From: Eledone cirrhosa
Taxonomy: Eukaryota
DNA length: 64,000 nucleotides
Direction of reading: 5' to 3'
NCBI GenBank assembly: GCA_964016885.1
Contig: OZ024762.1
Coordinates: forward strand, 19,406,001 to 19,470,000
Numbering within the stretch: the first letter of the stretch is position 1; each line of letters begins with the position of its first letter. A program made the position numbers and the translations under genes. Of this stretch, positions 12,182 through 25,867 are shown in pieces. The notes under the pieces were generated by a model. The model had not been told where the DNA came from. It worked only from the letters and a program-made list of their open reading frames with translations, and did no database searches.

Positions 12182-14562
12182 AAACTGGAAGAGAATTCCA
12201 TAGGTGAGATGTGAGAGGGTAGAACCTGGAAGAGAGTTCCATAGGTGAGATGTGAGAGGGTAGAAACTGGAAGAGAGTTCCAGAGGTGAGATGTGAGAGG
12301 GTAGAAACTGGAAGAGAGTTCCATAGGTGAGATGTGAGAGGGTAGAAACTGGAAGAGAGTTCCATAGGGGAGATGTGAGAGAGTAGAAACTGGAAGAGAG
12401 TTCCATAGGTGAGATGTGAGACGGAAGAAACTGGAAGAGAATTCCATAGGTGAGATGTGAGAGGGTAGAAACTGGAAGAGAGTTCCATAGGTGAGATGTG
12501 AGACGGAAGAAACTGGAAGAGAATTCCATAGGTGAGGTGTGAGAGGGTAGAAACTGGAAAAGAATTCCATAGGTGAGATGTGAGAGGGTAGAAACTGGAA
12601 GAGAGTTCCATAGGTGAGATGTGAGAGGGTAGAAACTGGAAGAGAGTTCCATAGGTGAGATGTGAGACGGAAGAAACTGGAAGAGAATTCCATAGGTGAG
12701 ATGTGAGAGGGTAGAAACTGGAAGAGAGTTCCATAGGAGAGATGTGAGAGGGTAGAAACTGGAAGAGAATTCCATAGGTGAGATGTGAGACGGAAGAAAC
12801 TGGAAGAGAATTCCATAGGTGAGATGTGAGAGGGTAGAAACTGGAAGAGAGTTCCATAGGTGAGATGTGAGACGGAAGAAACTGGAAGAGAATTCCATAG
12901 GTGAGATGTGAGAGGGTAGAAACTGGAAGAGAGTTCCATAGGAGAGATGTGAGAGGGTAGAAACTGGAAGAGAATTCCATAGGTGAGATGTGAGACGGAA
13001 GAAACTGGAAGAGAATTCCATAGGTGAGATGTGAGAGGGTAGAAACTGGAAGAGAGTTCCATAGGAGAGATGTGAGAGAGTAGAAACTGGAAGAGAGTTC
13101 CATAGGTGAGATGTGAGACAGAAGAAACTGGAAGAGAATTCCATAGGTGAGGTGTGAGAGGATAGAAACTGGAAAAGAATTCCATAGGTGAGATGTGAGA
13201 GGGTAGAAACTGGGAGAGAGTTACAAAAGTGAGATGAGAGAGAGAAGAAACTGGGAGAGAGTTCCATACGTGAGGTGTGAGAGGGAAGAAACTGGGAGGG
13301 AGTTACAAAGGTGAGATGAGAGAGGGAAGAAACTGGGAGAGAGTTCCATAGGTGAGATGTGAGAGGGTAGAAACTGGAAGAGAGTTCCATAGGTGAGATG
13401 TGAGAGAGTAGAAACTGGAAGAGAGTTCCATAGGTGAGATGTGAGACAGAAGAAACTGGAAGAGAATTCCATAGGTGAGGTGTGAGAGGATAGAAACTGG
13501 AAAAGAATTCCATAGGTGAGATGTGAGAGGGTAGAAACTGGGAGAGAGTTACAAAAGTGAGATGAGAGAGGGAAGAAACTGGAAGATAGTTCCATAGGTG
13601 AGATGTGAGAGGGTAGAAACTGGAAGAGAATTCCATAGCTGAGGTGTGAGAGGGTAGAAACTGGGAGAGAGTTCCATAGGTGAGATGTGAGAGGGTAGAA
13701 ACTGGAAGAGAGTTCCATAGGTGAGATGTGAGAGGGTAGAAACTGGAAGAGAATTCCATAGGTGAGATGTGAGAGGGTAGAAACTGGGAGAGAGTTCCAT
13801 AGGTGAGGTGTGAGAGGGTAGAAACTGGGAGAGAGTTCCATAGGTGAGATGTGGGAGGGTAGAAACTGGAAGAGAGTTCCATAGGTGAGATGTGAGAGAG
13901 TAGAAACTGGAAGAGAGTTCCATAGGTGAGATGTGAGACAGAAGAAACTGGAAGAGAATTCCATAGGTGAGGTGTGAGAGGATAGAAACTGGAAAAGAAT
14001 TCCATAGGTGAGATGTGAGAGGGTAGAAACTGGAAGAGAATTCCATAGGTGAGATGTGAGAGGGTAGAAACTGGGAGAGAGTTCCATAGGTGAGGTGTGA
14101 GAGGGTAGAAACTGGGAGAGAGTTCCATAGGTGAGATGTGAGAGGGTAGAAACTGGAAGAGAGTTCCATAGGTGAGATGTGAGAGGGTAGAAACTGGAAG
14201 AGAGTTCCATAGGTGAGATGTGAGAGGGTAGAAACTGGAAGAGAGTTACAAAAGTGAGATGAGAGAGAGAAGAAACTGGGAGAGAGTTCCATATGTGAGA
14301 TGAGAAAGAGAAGAAACTGGGAGAGAGTTCCATACGTGAGATGTGAGAGGGAAGAAACTGGGAGAGTTACAAAGGTGAGATGAGAGAGGGAAGAAACTGG
14401 GAGAGAGTTCCATACGTGAGATGAGAAAGAGAAGAAACTGGGAGAGAGTTCCATACGTGAGGTGTGAGAGGGAAGAAACTGGGAGAGAGTTACAAAGGTG
14501 AGATGAGAGAGGGAAGAAACTGGAAGAGAGTTCCATAGGTGAGATGTGAGAGGGAAGAAACT
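12182..14562. repeat. 41-bp minisatellite (about 58 units)
   Basis: Unit aaactggaagagagttccataggtgagatgtgagagggtag. The minus strand is open in all three frames, which is a repeat artefact. Confidence 0.95.
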
Positions 14563-14714
14563 AGCAGAATAACATTTCTGATCATATTTAGGAAGTTCAA
14601 CTGTAAATGAGTTCTAGCTGCCAATCTGGTGATCCTCTGTTTAAACTCATCAAAGCTCAGTAGAACAATTCCTATGAAAATACTGAACATAAAAAAAACG
14701 TCTCTTAGATTATG

Positions 14715-15037
14715 CGCTCTGCCTCTCTCTCTTTCTCTCTGTTTGTCTCTCTGTCTGTTTATCTGTCTGTCTATCTGTCTGTCTCTCTGTCTGTCTGTCT
14801 CTCTGTATATCTGTCTCTCTCTCTTTCTCTCTGTCTGTCTCTCTGTCTACCTGTCTGTCTCTCTATCTTTCTATCTGTCTGTCTCTCTGTCTGTTTGTCC
14901 CTCTCTCTTTCTCTCTGTCTGTTTCTCTGTCTGTCTGTCTGTCTGTCTGTATATCTGTCTCTCTCTCTCTTTCTCTCTGTTTGTCTCTCTCTCTCTCTGC
15001 CTCTCTCTCTCTCTCTGTCTCTCTCTCTCTCTGACTG

Positions 15038-15088
<51 letters not shown>

Positions 15089-15143
15089 GCCTCTCTCTCT
15101 CTCTGTCCGCCTCTCTGCCTCTCTCTCTCTCTGTCTGCCTCTC

Positions 15144-15198
<55 letters not shown>

Positions 15199-15580
15199 GC
15201 TCCTCTCTCTCTCTGTCTGCCCCTCTCTCTCTCTGTCTGCCCCTCTCTCTCTGTCTCATTCTCTCATTCTATTTCTCTCTCTCCTTCCATCTCACTTTCC
15301 TCTCTCTCTCATGTTCTCTCTCTCCTTGTCTCATCTTTCCCTCTACCACTCCCTCACTCTCTTGCCCCTCATTTCTCCCTGTATGTTTCTCTTGCCCTCC
15401 CCCCACTGTCCCCCTTTCTCTCTCTCCCCCTGGTTTTTCTCTCCTCCTTCCATCTCACTTTCATCTCTCTCTCTCCTCCTCTCATATTTCTCTCTCCCAC
15501 TCCCTCACTCTTACATCACCTCTCCCTATATGTTCCTCTTGCTGGCCCCACTCTGACCCCTGCTCTCTCCCCCCCCACCA
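14715..15580. repeat. (CT)n/(CTGT)n polypyrimidine tract
   Basis: Simple repeat. Confidence 0.95.
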
Positions 15581-15607
15581 ACCTCCATAGTAACATCACT
15601 GACATTA

Positions 15608-15649
<42 letters not shown>

Positions 15650-15699
15650 CATGTCTGTGCCTGTGCCCCCCCCCCCCGTCTGACTATGTATGTGTCTCC

Positions 15700-16035
15700 C
15701 TGCCCCCCTCCTCCACCTGACTGTGTGTGTGTGTCCCCTCCTCCACCTGACTGTATGTGTGCCTCCCCTCCTCCACCTGACTGTATGTCCCTGCCCCCCT
15801 CCTCCACCTGACTGTGTGTGTCCCCTTCTCCACCTGACTATATCCCTGCCCCCTCCTCCACCTGACTGTGTGTGTGTGTGTCCCCTTCTCCACCTGACTG
15901 TATGTCCCTGCCCCCCTTCTCCACCTGACTGTGTGTGTGTGTGTCCCCTTCTCCACCTGACTGTATGTCCCTGCGCCCTCCTCCACCTGACTATGTGTGT
16001 GTTTGTGTGTGTGTGTCCCCTCTCCTCCACCCCAC
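15700..16035. repeat. Variable minisatellite ctccacctgact + (GT)n
   Basis: Recurring cccctcctccacctgactg motif. Confidence 0.85.
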
Positions 16036-16134
16036 TCTGTGTCCCCTGTCTTATCTGTCATGTGGTGTAAGTAAACCCTAACAGATTACTGGAACTGACT
16101 TGTTTCTGTATTCTGAAAACTGTTGACATGTGAT

Positions 16135-16895
16135 AGTCACAACCACAACCCCCACTACTACCACTACCACTACAACCACTACAACAATAACCACTACTGC
16201 AACCACAACCCCCACTACTACCGCCACTACAACAATAACCACTACTACAACCACAACCCCCACTACTACCACCACTACAACAATCACCACTACTACAACC
16301 ACAACCCCCACTATTACCACTACCACTACAACCACTACAACAATAACCACTACTACAACCACAACCCCCACTACTACCACCACTACAACAATCACCACTA
16401 CTACAACCACAACCCCCACTACTACCACTACCACCACTACTACCACTACCATCACTACTACCACTACTACCACTACTACCACTACCACCACTACAACACT
16501 CACCACTACTGCCACCACTACTACAACCACAACCCCCACTACTACCACTACCACCACTACTACCACTACCACCACTACAACCACAACTACCACTACCACT
16601 ACCACCACTACAACACTCACCACTACTACAACCACTACTGCCACCACTACTACCACAATCACCACTACTACCACTACCACCACTCCTACAATCACCTCTA
16701 CCTCTAACACCACAACCTCTACTACCACAACCCCCACTACTACCACTACCACTACCACCACTACAACACTCACCACTACTACAACCACTACTACAATCAC
16801 CTCTACCACTACTACCACAATCACCACTACTACCACTACTACCACAACCTCTACTACCATGACCACCACTACCATAACCACCTCTACCACTACCA
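16135..16895. repeat. (ACC/ACT/ACA)n trinucleotide tract
   Basis: Simple repeat. Confidence 0.95.
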
Positions 16896-17025
16896 ATGAA
16901 GGGCAATTCATTTGATTACCCCCCCCCCCCCCCCCGAACTTTAGTCATACCTTATTTTATGAAATGAAGTGTCTTGTTCAAGAACACAATGTGCCTGCCA
17001 TCCAGTAATTAAACCCACAACCTTA

Positions 17026-17623
17026 TACTCTGGGGTCCCAAATAATAGGAGGGACTGGAATAAGGAGGGGGTGGAAAATTGGTAATGTTTCTAAGTTGTC
17101 TGTTGATTTAAAAAAAAAAAACCCGAATTAGTTGTTTAGTTTACATATTTGTTTTCTACTTTAGGCACAAGGCCAGCAATTACCAGTTCATTACTGGTAC
17201 TTTATTTTATCGACCCCGTAAGGATGAAAGGCAAAGTCAACCTCGGCGGGATTTGAACTCAGATCGTAAAGGGACGTAACTATGCTGGAAAGCATGGCGT
17301 CCGACCCTCTACCGATACTGCCAATCCACCGCCGTTTAGTTTACATATTGAGACCCATACCCCAACTCATCCTATTTATTTTATAACATATGGGATTTCG
17401 AGTAATGTACTTTTGTCATGTATAATGTTTTTTCTAATGTATAAAAGAAATTAATTGTTGCAGGAATGCTATCACTTAAAATAAAATTTTGCCAAAGATA
17501 GATTACCAAAATTTGATAATCGAGGGGTGGTGGTGGTGGAATAAGAGCAGGTGGGCGTGGGGAAGTATGAAAGATTAATAAGTGGGAGAGGTGCTGGGGG
17601 TGATTATTCGAAACCTGAGAGTA
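17026..17623. mobile_element. TA-flanked DNA-transposon MITE containing a SINE insertion
   Basis: Ends tactctggggtcccaaataat / attattcgaaacctgagagta. Related pieces at 18750-19022, 22475-22633 and 34225-34450. Confidence 0.6.
17148..17333 (-). mobile_element. SINE family 2 with TSD
   Basis: Flanked by gtttagtttacatatt on both sides. The paralogous MITE at about 34350 has only one copy of this motif. Confidence 0.88.
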
Positions 17624-17820
17624 AATAAAGGAGAACAAATGTAAAATATTTCTTGTGTTTTTGTTGCAGGAATGCTACCACCTTAACCCTTTAGCATTTA
17701 AACCAGCCGTATCTGGCCAAAATTCTCCAATAGGCTTCAAATGCCCAAGAAACACTGCAAAAAACACCGTACACTGGGCCCTTACAACTCCAACAGGAGT
17801 TACAGGGCTATCACATCATA

Positions 17821-18497
17821 TAATTGTTTCTACTTTTTGGCACAAGGCCAGCAATTACCCCGGTGCATTACTGGTACTTTATTTTATCGAACCCGTAAGG
17901 ATGAAAGACAAAGTTAACCTCGGCAGGATTTGAACTCAGAATAATTGTTTCTACTTTTGGCACAAGGCCAGCAATTACCCCGGTGCATTACTGGTACTTT
18001 ATTTTTATCGATCCCGTAAGGATGAAAGGGAAAGTTAACCTCGGCGGGATTTGAACTCAGAATAATTGTTTCTACTTTTGGCACAAGGCCAGCAATTACC
18101 CCAGTACATTACTGGTACTTTATTTTTATCGATCCCGTAAGGATGAAAGGCAAAGTTAACCTCGGCAGGATTTGAACTCAGAATAATTGTTTCTACTTTT
18201 GGCACAAGGCCAGCAATTACCCCGGTGCATTACTGGTACTTTATTTTTATCGATCCCGTAAGGATGAAAGGCAAAGTTAACCTCAGCGGGATTTGAACTC
18301 AGAATAATTGTTTCTACTTTTGGCACAAGGCCAGCAATTACCCCGGTGCATTACTGGTACTTTATTTTTATCGATCCCGTAAGGATGAAAGGCAAAGTTA
18401 ACCTCGGCGGGATTTGAACTCAGAATGGCAAGGGCCGTAACTCTATGCATCAAAGCATGGGGTCCGACCCTCTACCGATACTGCCAATCCACTGCCA
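17821..18497 (-). mobile_element. SINE family 2 with a 5x tandem duplication of its 3' part (about 120 bp)
   Basis: Five head-to-tail taattgtttctacttttggcacaagg...tttgaactcagaa units, then a single SINE head at 18420-18497. Confidence 0.9.
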
Positions 18498-19404
18498 TTG
18501 TTAAAGTAAATAAATGCAAGTGAATCTGCTGTGATCCACCCTGGAAAAGCAATAGGCTCCACAAGGCTTTAACCCTTTATTATCATTTAAACCGGCCATA
18601 TCCGGCCAGAACTCTCTCACCCCTTTCTGTTAAAACTGGCCGTAACTGGCTGCTCATACTTATGTTCAGGTATTGTTCTCAAAATATATAATATCAAAAT
18701 CTCATAGATTGGATATTATGTGAGGTAAAGCCTTTATCACAAAAAATAAAATTTCACCGGAAATAGATTAGCAAAATTTGATAAGTGGGGGAGGGAGCAT
18801 TGGAATAAGAGTAGGTGGGGGTGGGGGGATCTGAAAGATTTTATAAGCGGGGGATGGGGGAAGGTTATTCAAGACTTCAGAGTAAGTAAAGAAGAGCAAA
18901 TGTAAAGTATTCCTTGTGTTTTGTTGCAGGAATGCTACCACTTAAAATAATAGTTCGCCAGAGATAGATAAACAAAATTTAATAAGCTGAGAGCAGTGGT
19001 GATTATTTAAGACCTGAGAGTAATTGTGAGTCTAACTACCTAACCACAGCGCCACATACCTTTATGGTGTTGTTGATTTTATGTACAGTAGATATATTGG
19101 TTTTTGAAGTTGAATTGAATTTGGACTGTAAATTTGTGCAACAGTGATTTTTTTTTTTTTGATTTTTGATTTTTTATTTTTTATTTTAAAAAGTTACATC
19201 AGCGTTGTCATAATAAGTTTAACGATGTTGAAACAACTACATTTATAGCTGTACTGATGTAGTTTGTAATCACACAGAATGGTTTGTGTAGGAAGTTGAA
19301 AGCAGAGATGTATTTGCTCCAATAATACACCATATCTGTTTGTATATATGGTAGTTGGACTCTCTCGTCATCTTTGACGAAACGAGGGCCAACAAATTTT
19401 ACTT

Positions 19405-19500
19405 TCGTTTTATTCCACATTTTTGTGTGTTTTCTGTGAGACACTAAACCTGCTTTGTTTTTACAAACCAGACCACATCCTTCACACCGCACCCTTCACA
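19405..19500 (-). pseudogene. C2H2-like zinc finger remnant, probably an RTE LINE C-terminus
   Basis: RCEGCGLVCKNKAGLVSHRKH; isolated, with no supported splice context. Confidence 0.4.
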
Positions 19501-19551
19501 CCGAACACAAAACACTGAAAAGGAACAGTATTCCTTTGATCATATATATAT

Positions 19552-19589
<38 letters not shown>

Positions 19590-19719
19590 CTTGACTCTAT
19601 TTTCCTGTGATTTTCATCGAAAAATTTGTGAATACATTTTCTCTTTTCATGATATTTGGATTACATTGAGTTCTTCATACTGATTGGACACTACCGTCGT
19701 ATATTTGGGTAAATTTATC

Positions 19720-19757
<38 letters not shown>

Positions 19758-19912
19758 CATCATCGATTAACGTTCATCTTCCACGCCTGCATGGGTTAGA
19801 TGGGTCCTATTTTGAGGCAAGCTGTGTCGGGTGGCCGTGTCACGCTCATATAGGGCTGTTTCTGGCTGGTTTTCTACGGCTGGATGCCCTTCCTAATGCC
19901 AACCACATTGAC

Positions 19913-19943
<31 letters not shown>

Positions 19944-20034
19944 CAGACAGACACACCTCCTAGCAAAATAATGATGATGATAGTCTAACCCATGCTAGCG
20001 GGGAAGATAGACGTTAAACAATGATGATGATGAT

Positions 20035-20091
<57 letters not shown>

Positions 20092-20493
20092 ATATATTTA
20101 TATAGTTAAAAGAATAGAGGTGTAACACACAAGTTATTATATATTGGTAAACGGAATAGAAAATGCTGACAAATTGTTCACAGTTGAAAAATGGTTTAAT
20201 TAGGAATAAAAGAGTATATATATATAGTTATAATAATAAAAGAGTATATATATATAGTTATAATAATAAATTTGAAGACTAAAATCCGAAGAGGGCTCGA
20301 TAAGGATAAATATATATCAGATATATAAGAACCGTAGAGCAAATATTTATTAAAATAACAGATTAAAGTTTAAGCAAAGAATCGCTGCTTTCACCCTTAA
20401 CGTTTCCATGAACCATAGTATCATTTTCCTGTCTTCCTCCGGCTGCAACGTTTTTTGAAATATTCACTTCTGCGTTCACAGATTGACTTTGTT

Positions 20494-20544
20494 AGTTTCA
20501 GAAGATCCTGTTAAGGGTGAAAGCAGCGTTTCTTTGCTTAAACT
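20494..20544 (+). ncRNA. Degenerate type I hammerhead (family B; core CAGAAGA)
   Basis: agttt-CAGAAGA-tcctgttaagggt-GAAA-gca-gcgtttctt-tgc-TT-aaact. Overlaps the right arm of an inverted repeat (20341-20401/20510-20568). Related sequence at 51070-51195. Confidence 0.55.
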
Positions 20545-20564
20545 TTAATCTGTTATTTTAATAA

Positions 20565-20624
<60 letters not shown>

Positions 20625-21093
20625 GTATATATATATATATATATTTATGTATATATATATATATTTATATATATATATTTATATATATATATTTATATAT
20701 ATATATATATATATATCATTCATCATCATTCATTTCATTTTACGTCCACTTTTCCCTGCTTGCAAGGGTAGGACGGGAACAGTGATTCTGGCTTGATTTC
20801 TACAACTGGATGCCCTTCCTAACACCAACAATACATATTTATATATATATATATATATACATATTTATATATATATATATATACATATTTATATATATAT
20901 ATATATACATATTTATATATATGTATATATATATATACATATTTATATATATAAATATGTATATATATATATATATAAATATGTATATATATATATATAC
21001 ATATTTATATATATATGTATATATATATATACATATTTATATATATATGTATATATATATATACATATTTATATATGTATATATATATATACA

Positions 21094-21158
<65 letters not shown>

Positions 21159-21181
21159 TCATACACACACACACACACACA

Positions 21182-21511
21182 CAATGACCCCTGGCATTCA
21201 CGGTCTCAGTTCTTCGCGGAATTTTCCTTAGAACCTAACTAATAATTGTTTGTGGAAACCACATCATATTCGCAGAATCGTAAATATTTTCCACGATTTT
21301 TTTTAATGGCTTTTTTTGTGGCAATATATATATTTTTTCACGCTCTTTAACCCTAAATTATTAATAACAATTTACCGTATTGCCGGCCTATATTTTATGT
21401 TATGTTTTGACATTTATAGGCATTTTTATGGACCAAATCAAATATTTGCGGTTTTTCACTCTTCGCGTGGGCTCTAGGAACGTAACCTGCATGATTACCG
21501 GGGGACAACTA
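21182..21511. mobile_element. Degenerate pogo/Tigger-like MITE
   Basis: Ends caatgacccctggcattcacgg / catgattaccgggggacaacta, with subterminal ttcgcg...ggaacgtaacc motifs. Confidence 0.45.
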
Positions 21512-21684
21512 TATATATATATATATATATAAGGCATGATCAAAAGAATGCAGTATTCCACCTGGTTGTGGTGGGGCTGGTAATGTTGTTAGAACTGAAT
21601 GTGTTCTTGGAAAGACGGTTGCAGAGAGATTAGGCAATGTGAGCCTACATTTCCTCAAAGAAGATCCGCTCAGGTTACAGAGTC

Positions 21685-21899
21685 ATTTAAACTGGCTGTA
21701 TCCAGCCAGAATTCCCTCACCTCTTTCTGTTGAAACTGGCTATAACCAGCCATTCATACTGATTTTAAGGTATTGTTCTCAAAATAAATAATATCAAAAT
21801 CTCATAGATGCGATATTACGAGAGATATTATGTGAGGTAAAGCCTTTGCCGTGAAAATACAATAGTATATATAGAGTAATGTAATTGTTAAAGGGTTAA
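21685..21899 (+). mobile_element. piggyBac-type MITE, left end eroded
   Basis: Homologous to 2813-3033; ends gttaaaggg-TTAA. Confidence 0.75.
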
Positions 21900-22024
21900 T
21901 GTGTTTGTGTATAGAAAAGGACAAAATACACAATACATTTCCTGCCTCAGTCATGTTGTTACAATAAGAAGTTTTCTTTCTAAATCACAAGGTCCTGCGT
22001 TCTTAATCCACATTTGTCTTTGTA

Positions 22025-22417
22025 CGAGGTAATCCCAAAATTAAGGTCTCCAAAGCGATGGGGACGCAGAGAAACTGTTCGTACGGCTGTTGGCAACACT
22101 GTTGTGATTGGTGCTTCCTTCACTCCCAAACAAGCATGCGCGCGCTTCGCTGGGATGCTCAATCTTGGCTTGGCAGCCGTTGAGAATGGAGCTCCCGCTG
22201 AACGCTACCGCCAAGTGCAAATTTCGCGCAGTTATTATATAGAGGGCAATCCCAAAAGTAAGGTCTCCATCCGGGGAAAACATGCGTAAAGATCGGCGGA
22301 TCATTCTGGATGCTTTCTGCATTTTGGTTCCTGAGGTTTCCCGAAGCACCATCCACAGGATTTTAAACGGAAAAGTTGCAATATCGGAAGGAGACCTTAC
22401 TTTTGGGATTGCTCCCG
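22025..22417 (+). mobile_element. Internally deleted mariner element with three TIR copies and a transposase fragment
   Basis: TA-cgaggtaatcccaaaattaaggtctcc ... ggagaccttacttttgggattgctcccg-TA, with an extra TIR at 22240-22268. 22272-22390 encodes ENMRKDRRIILDAFCILVPEVSRSTIHRIL/TEKLQYRK (mariner HTH region, one frameshift). Confidence 0.8.
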
Positions 22418-23325
22418 TAGATAGTTAATTCTCGAAAATTACTCATACATTTAATCCTGGATGTTATATATATATACTCTTGGGTCCCAAATGATAGGGG
22501 TGGAAATTTTTGGAATAAGTGGAGGGTGGGGGCGGAGTGGACATTTGCTTAAATTCTTATAAGTGGGTGGGGTGGGGAGGAAATTGGTAATTGTGTACAT
22601 TCATAAATATGGGATTTTTGAAGACCTGAGAGTACATGCTGAAAATTTATGTAATTATATCCTAGATATAAATTATTAAGATATCATTCTTGTCTTTAAT
22701 TACTGCCATGTGTTAGTAATCAACAATAACTGGAGGGCTTCTCTTATGCAGAACCAATACAAATGCCTGGCTACAGGCAATTTGATATCAAATGGTTTGA
22801 TATCAAACGTCATTTAATAACACTAAACACCCACCACCACCACCACCAACCACCACCGCTACCACCCCTTCAAACACCACCAGCACTACCCACCAACCAC
22901 TCCGATCACCAACTACCACCCACCCCTCAAACACCACCACCAACCACCACCACCACCACCACCACCAACCACCACCACCACCACCAACAACCAACCACCA
23001 CCCCCTCAAACGCGACCACCACCACTATCACCAACAACCATCACTACCGCCAGTTAACCCCCCCCCCCCTCAGCTCTCAAACACTCCCATCAAACACCAC
23101 TACCATCACCATCTACAAATTAGGAAGATATATTCTAACCATGTCTTCAGGTAAGAAGCTATTGAAAGTTGTAATTGGTGAGCAGATCCTCGTTTATTTG
23201 TCTCTACAATTATATTGACCTTTCATTACAATTAAAATGGAAATTGTCATACCTGTTAATTATCACCTCTTTTAAATAATTGTTTTGCTGCAATTGCTTA
23301 TTGGGAAAATATTCTAATTCTTTTT

Positions 23326-23368
<43 letters not shown>

Positions 23369-23401
23369 TATTTACATGCACTCACACACACTTATATATA
23401 A

Positions 23402-23432
<31 letters not shown>

Positions 23433-23653
23433 TATGCAGTCACACGCTCACACATATATATATGCACTCATACACATGTATATATACATACACACACGTA
23501 TATATAAATAAATATACACGGGTGTGTATGATTGTGTATAGAAGATTATATTAATAGAAGGAATTCCAACTTTGTCTGATTTACTCGTTTTATTTACAAT
23601 CCTTTAAAATTATAATGATATTATAATGAAATAGTATGGTAGAATATTAAATG

Positions 23654-23830
23654 TTTGTTTCTAGATTTGGCACAAGGCCAGCAATAACCCATTGTATTAC
23701 TGGTACTTATTTTATCGACCCCGAAAGGATGAAAGACAAAGTTAACCTCGGCGGGATTTGAACTCAGAATGGCAAGGACCATAACTCTATGCGTCAAAGC
23801 ATGGTGTCCAACCCTCTACCGATACTGCCA
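23654..23830 (-). mobile_element. SINE family 2 inserted in the left arm of the fold-back
   Basis: Absent from the right arm; flanked by the direct repeat aaatgtt. Confidence 0.85.
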
Positions 23831-23846
23831 AATGTTAAGTGTTAAT

Positions 23847-23885
23847 TGAACAAGTACTTTCATGCTTTCGCAATCTTCAGGGTCA
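23847..23885 (-). ncRNA. Minimal type I hammerhead (family C)
   Basis: Reverse complement tgacc-CTGAAGA-ttgcgaaagcat-GAAA-gtac-TT-gttca; one stem I mismatch. Confidence 0.7.
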
Positions 23886-24316
23886 TATTCAGTGGTGACA
23901 GTCAAGTTTGCAATTTTCAACTGTAATGAGATGGGTAAATTCTGTGTCTTATATACAGTAAAAAGGGGCTACAGAATGGGTTTTTCAACAACAACAATAA
24001 TAATAATAAAAGTGATGTTGATGATTACTGAAAATTTTTTATAAAAACCCTAGAAAATGCTATTTTCATCATTTCTAAAAATAGCAAAACAATTGATGCT
24101 TTGGATAGGGTCAAATAGAAGTCGTTAGACATGCTCAACCAACCGTGACGCCTAAATCAATCAGCTTTAGTAATCTAGTGAAACTACACACCGATTGGTC
24201 GAAATACAGTTTGCAAAACTTAGCATTCTGTAGCCCCTTTTTACTGTATATAAGGCACAGATTTTACCCATCTCATTACAGTTGAAAATTGCAAACTTGA
24301 CTGTCACCACTGAATA

Positions 24317-24355
24317 TGAACCTGAAGATTGCGAAAGCATGAAAGTACTTGTTCA
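24317..24355 (+). ncRNA. Minimal type I hammerhead (family C)
   Basis: tgaac-CTGAAGA-t-tgc-gaaa-gca-t-GAAA-gtac-TT-gttca: 5-bp stem I, GNRA-capped stem II, palindromic stem III, CUU site. Confidence 0.82.
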
Positions 24356-24647
24356 ATTAACACTTGGCATTTAATATTCTACCTTACTATTTCATTATAT
24401 CATTATAATTTTAAAGGATTGTAAATAAAACAAGTAAATCAGACAAAGTTGGAATTCCTTTTATTAATATATATATATATATATATATACACATACATAC
24501 ACACAGACACACACGCACACTTGTGTGTGTGTGTGTGTGTATACACACACACACAGACACTCACGCACACTCGTATATATATCAAAGTGAAAAGGCTTCT
24601 CCCCATTTACAAAAGGATGACTGTATGGCGCCTGTGTGCAAAGCGTG

Positions 24648-24932
24648 TTGCTACATGGCAGTGTAGCATGGGCAGTGACTGCAGAAGACATGTGGTGCTA
24701 CATGGTAGTGTAACATGGACAGTGACTGCAGAAGACATGTGATGCTGCATGGTAGTGTAACATGGGCAGTGACTGCAGAAGACATGTGGTGCTACAATGG
24801 TAGTGTAACATGAGCAGTGACTGCAGAAGGCATGTGGTGCTACATGGTAGTGTAACATGGGCAGTGACTGCAGAAGGCATGTGGTGCTACATGGTAGTGT
24901 AACATGGGCAGTGACTGCAACAGACATGTGGA
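24648..24932. repeat. 47-bp minisatellite (about 6 units)
   Basis: Unit gtagtgtaacatgggcagtgactgcagaagacatgtggtgctacatg. Confidence 0.9.
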
Positions 24933-25867
24933 GCTCACATGCCGGTGCTTATCCCGTGTTCATGGCGTAGACTGACTGAGAATACAAGACTTCCTCCTAA
25001 ACAGGACCCCAGTCCATTGTAGTATTAAGCCCCCGGATATTGCTGGTACTCATTTTTAGCTGTGTATATTGGAGCAACATGAAATGAAGTGTTTTGCTCA
25101 AGAACACAACACAACACTCAGCCCAGTCCAGGAATCAAACCCACAACAGTATGATCACAAGTCCAACACTGTTACCACTAGGCCAAACGCTTCTTCATCA
25201 ACGACGAAACCAACAGAAGATAAAATAAGTTGTATATCCAGAGACAAGCCTGTTTCTGTATGTTATACGCTGTCAGTATGTAAATTACTAGATAGTCAAT
25301 TATATTACACTGTACATGTAAATGTCTTCATTTTTATTCAAAAGAATAGAGAGAAGGGAGAAGAAAAGAAAGGAAATATTTTTTTCCATTTTTTTCGCTT
25401 CATTGATTTCAGTTTTTTTATGGGTACTTTAATAAAAAAAAAAACGAAATGAAATCCTTGTTATCTAAAATTATCGAAGATTTCTGTCTATTTGATGTAT
25501 CAATATTACAAGATTCAGAAATACATAATTATCAACGTCATCAATTTTATTACCGTATCAGCATTATATTGGTACTTCACCTAAATTAAAATTGATTATT
25601 CACTAAAGACATAAACAAAGATATCCATAGATACACACTTGCATGCACTTACACACACTTACACACACTTACACACACTCACACACACTTACACGCAATC
25701 ACTCTCTCACACACACATACATATGTATGAGTGTCAGCTAAGAAGTTCATAGACTGAAAAGTTCACAGGCTGACCAAGATACTCTCCTGGAATGATTAAA
25801 TGACGTTTATTTTTCAACATAGTCCCTGGAAAGAAACAATGCCGTTATTAATAAGAAGAGTTGAAAT

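Larger units (their letters stand above)
23551..24468. mobile_element. Fold-back element with about 245-bp inverted arms, each carrying a hammerhead (Penelope-like pLTR pair)
   Basis: 23551-23978 (minus the SINE) is the reverse complement of 24224-24468. (TA)n follows on the right. Confidence 0.7.

Noticed and set aside
12056-14128. 690-aa ORF and overlapping long ORFs
   Set aside because: Read-through of a 41-bp minisatellite, open in all three minus frames; not a gene.
16058-16915. Mucin-like (poly-Thr) or Gly/Cys-rich ORFs (also 8467-9165 and 44643-45459)
   Set aside because: Trinucleotide microsatellites open in several frames on both strands, with no signal peptide or exon context.
23121-23156. 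Putative start exons with donors (accATGTCTTCAG|gtaag; also 38893-38909 and 61563-61603)
   Set aside because: Isolated motifs with no linkable downstream exons; expected by chance in 64 kb.
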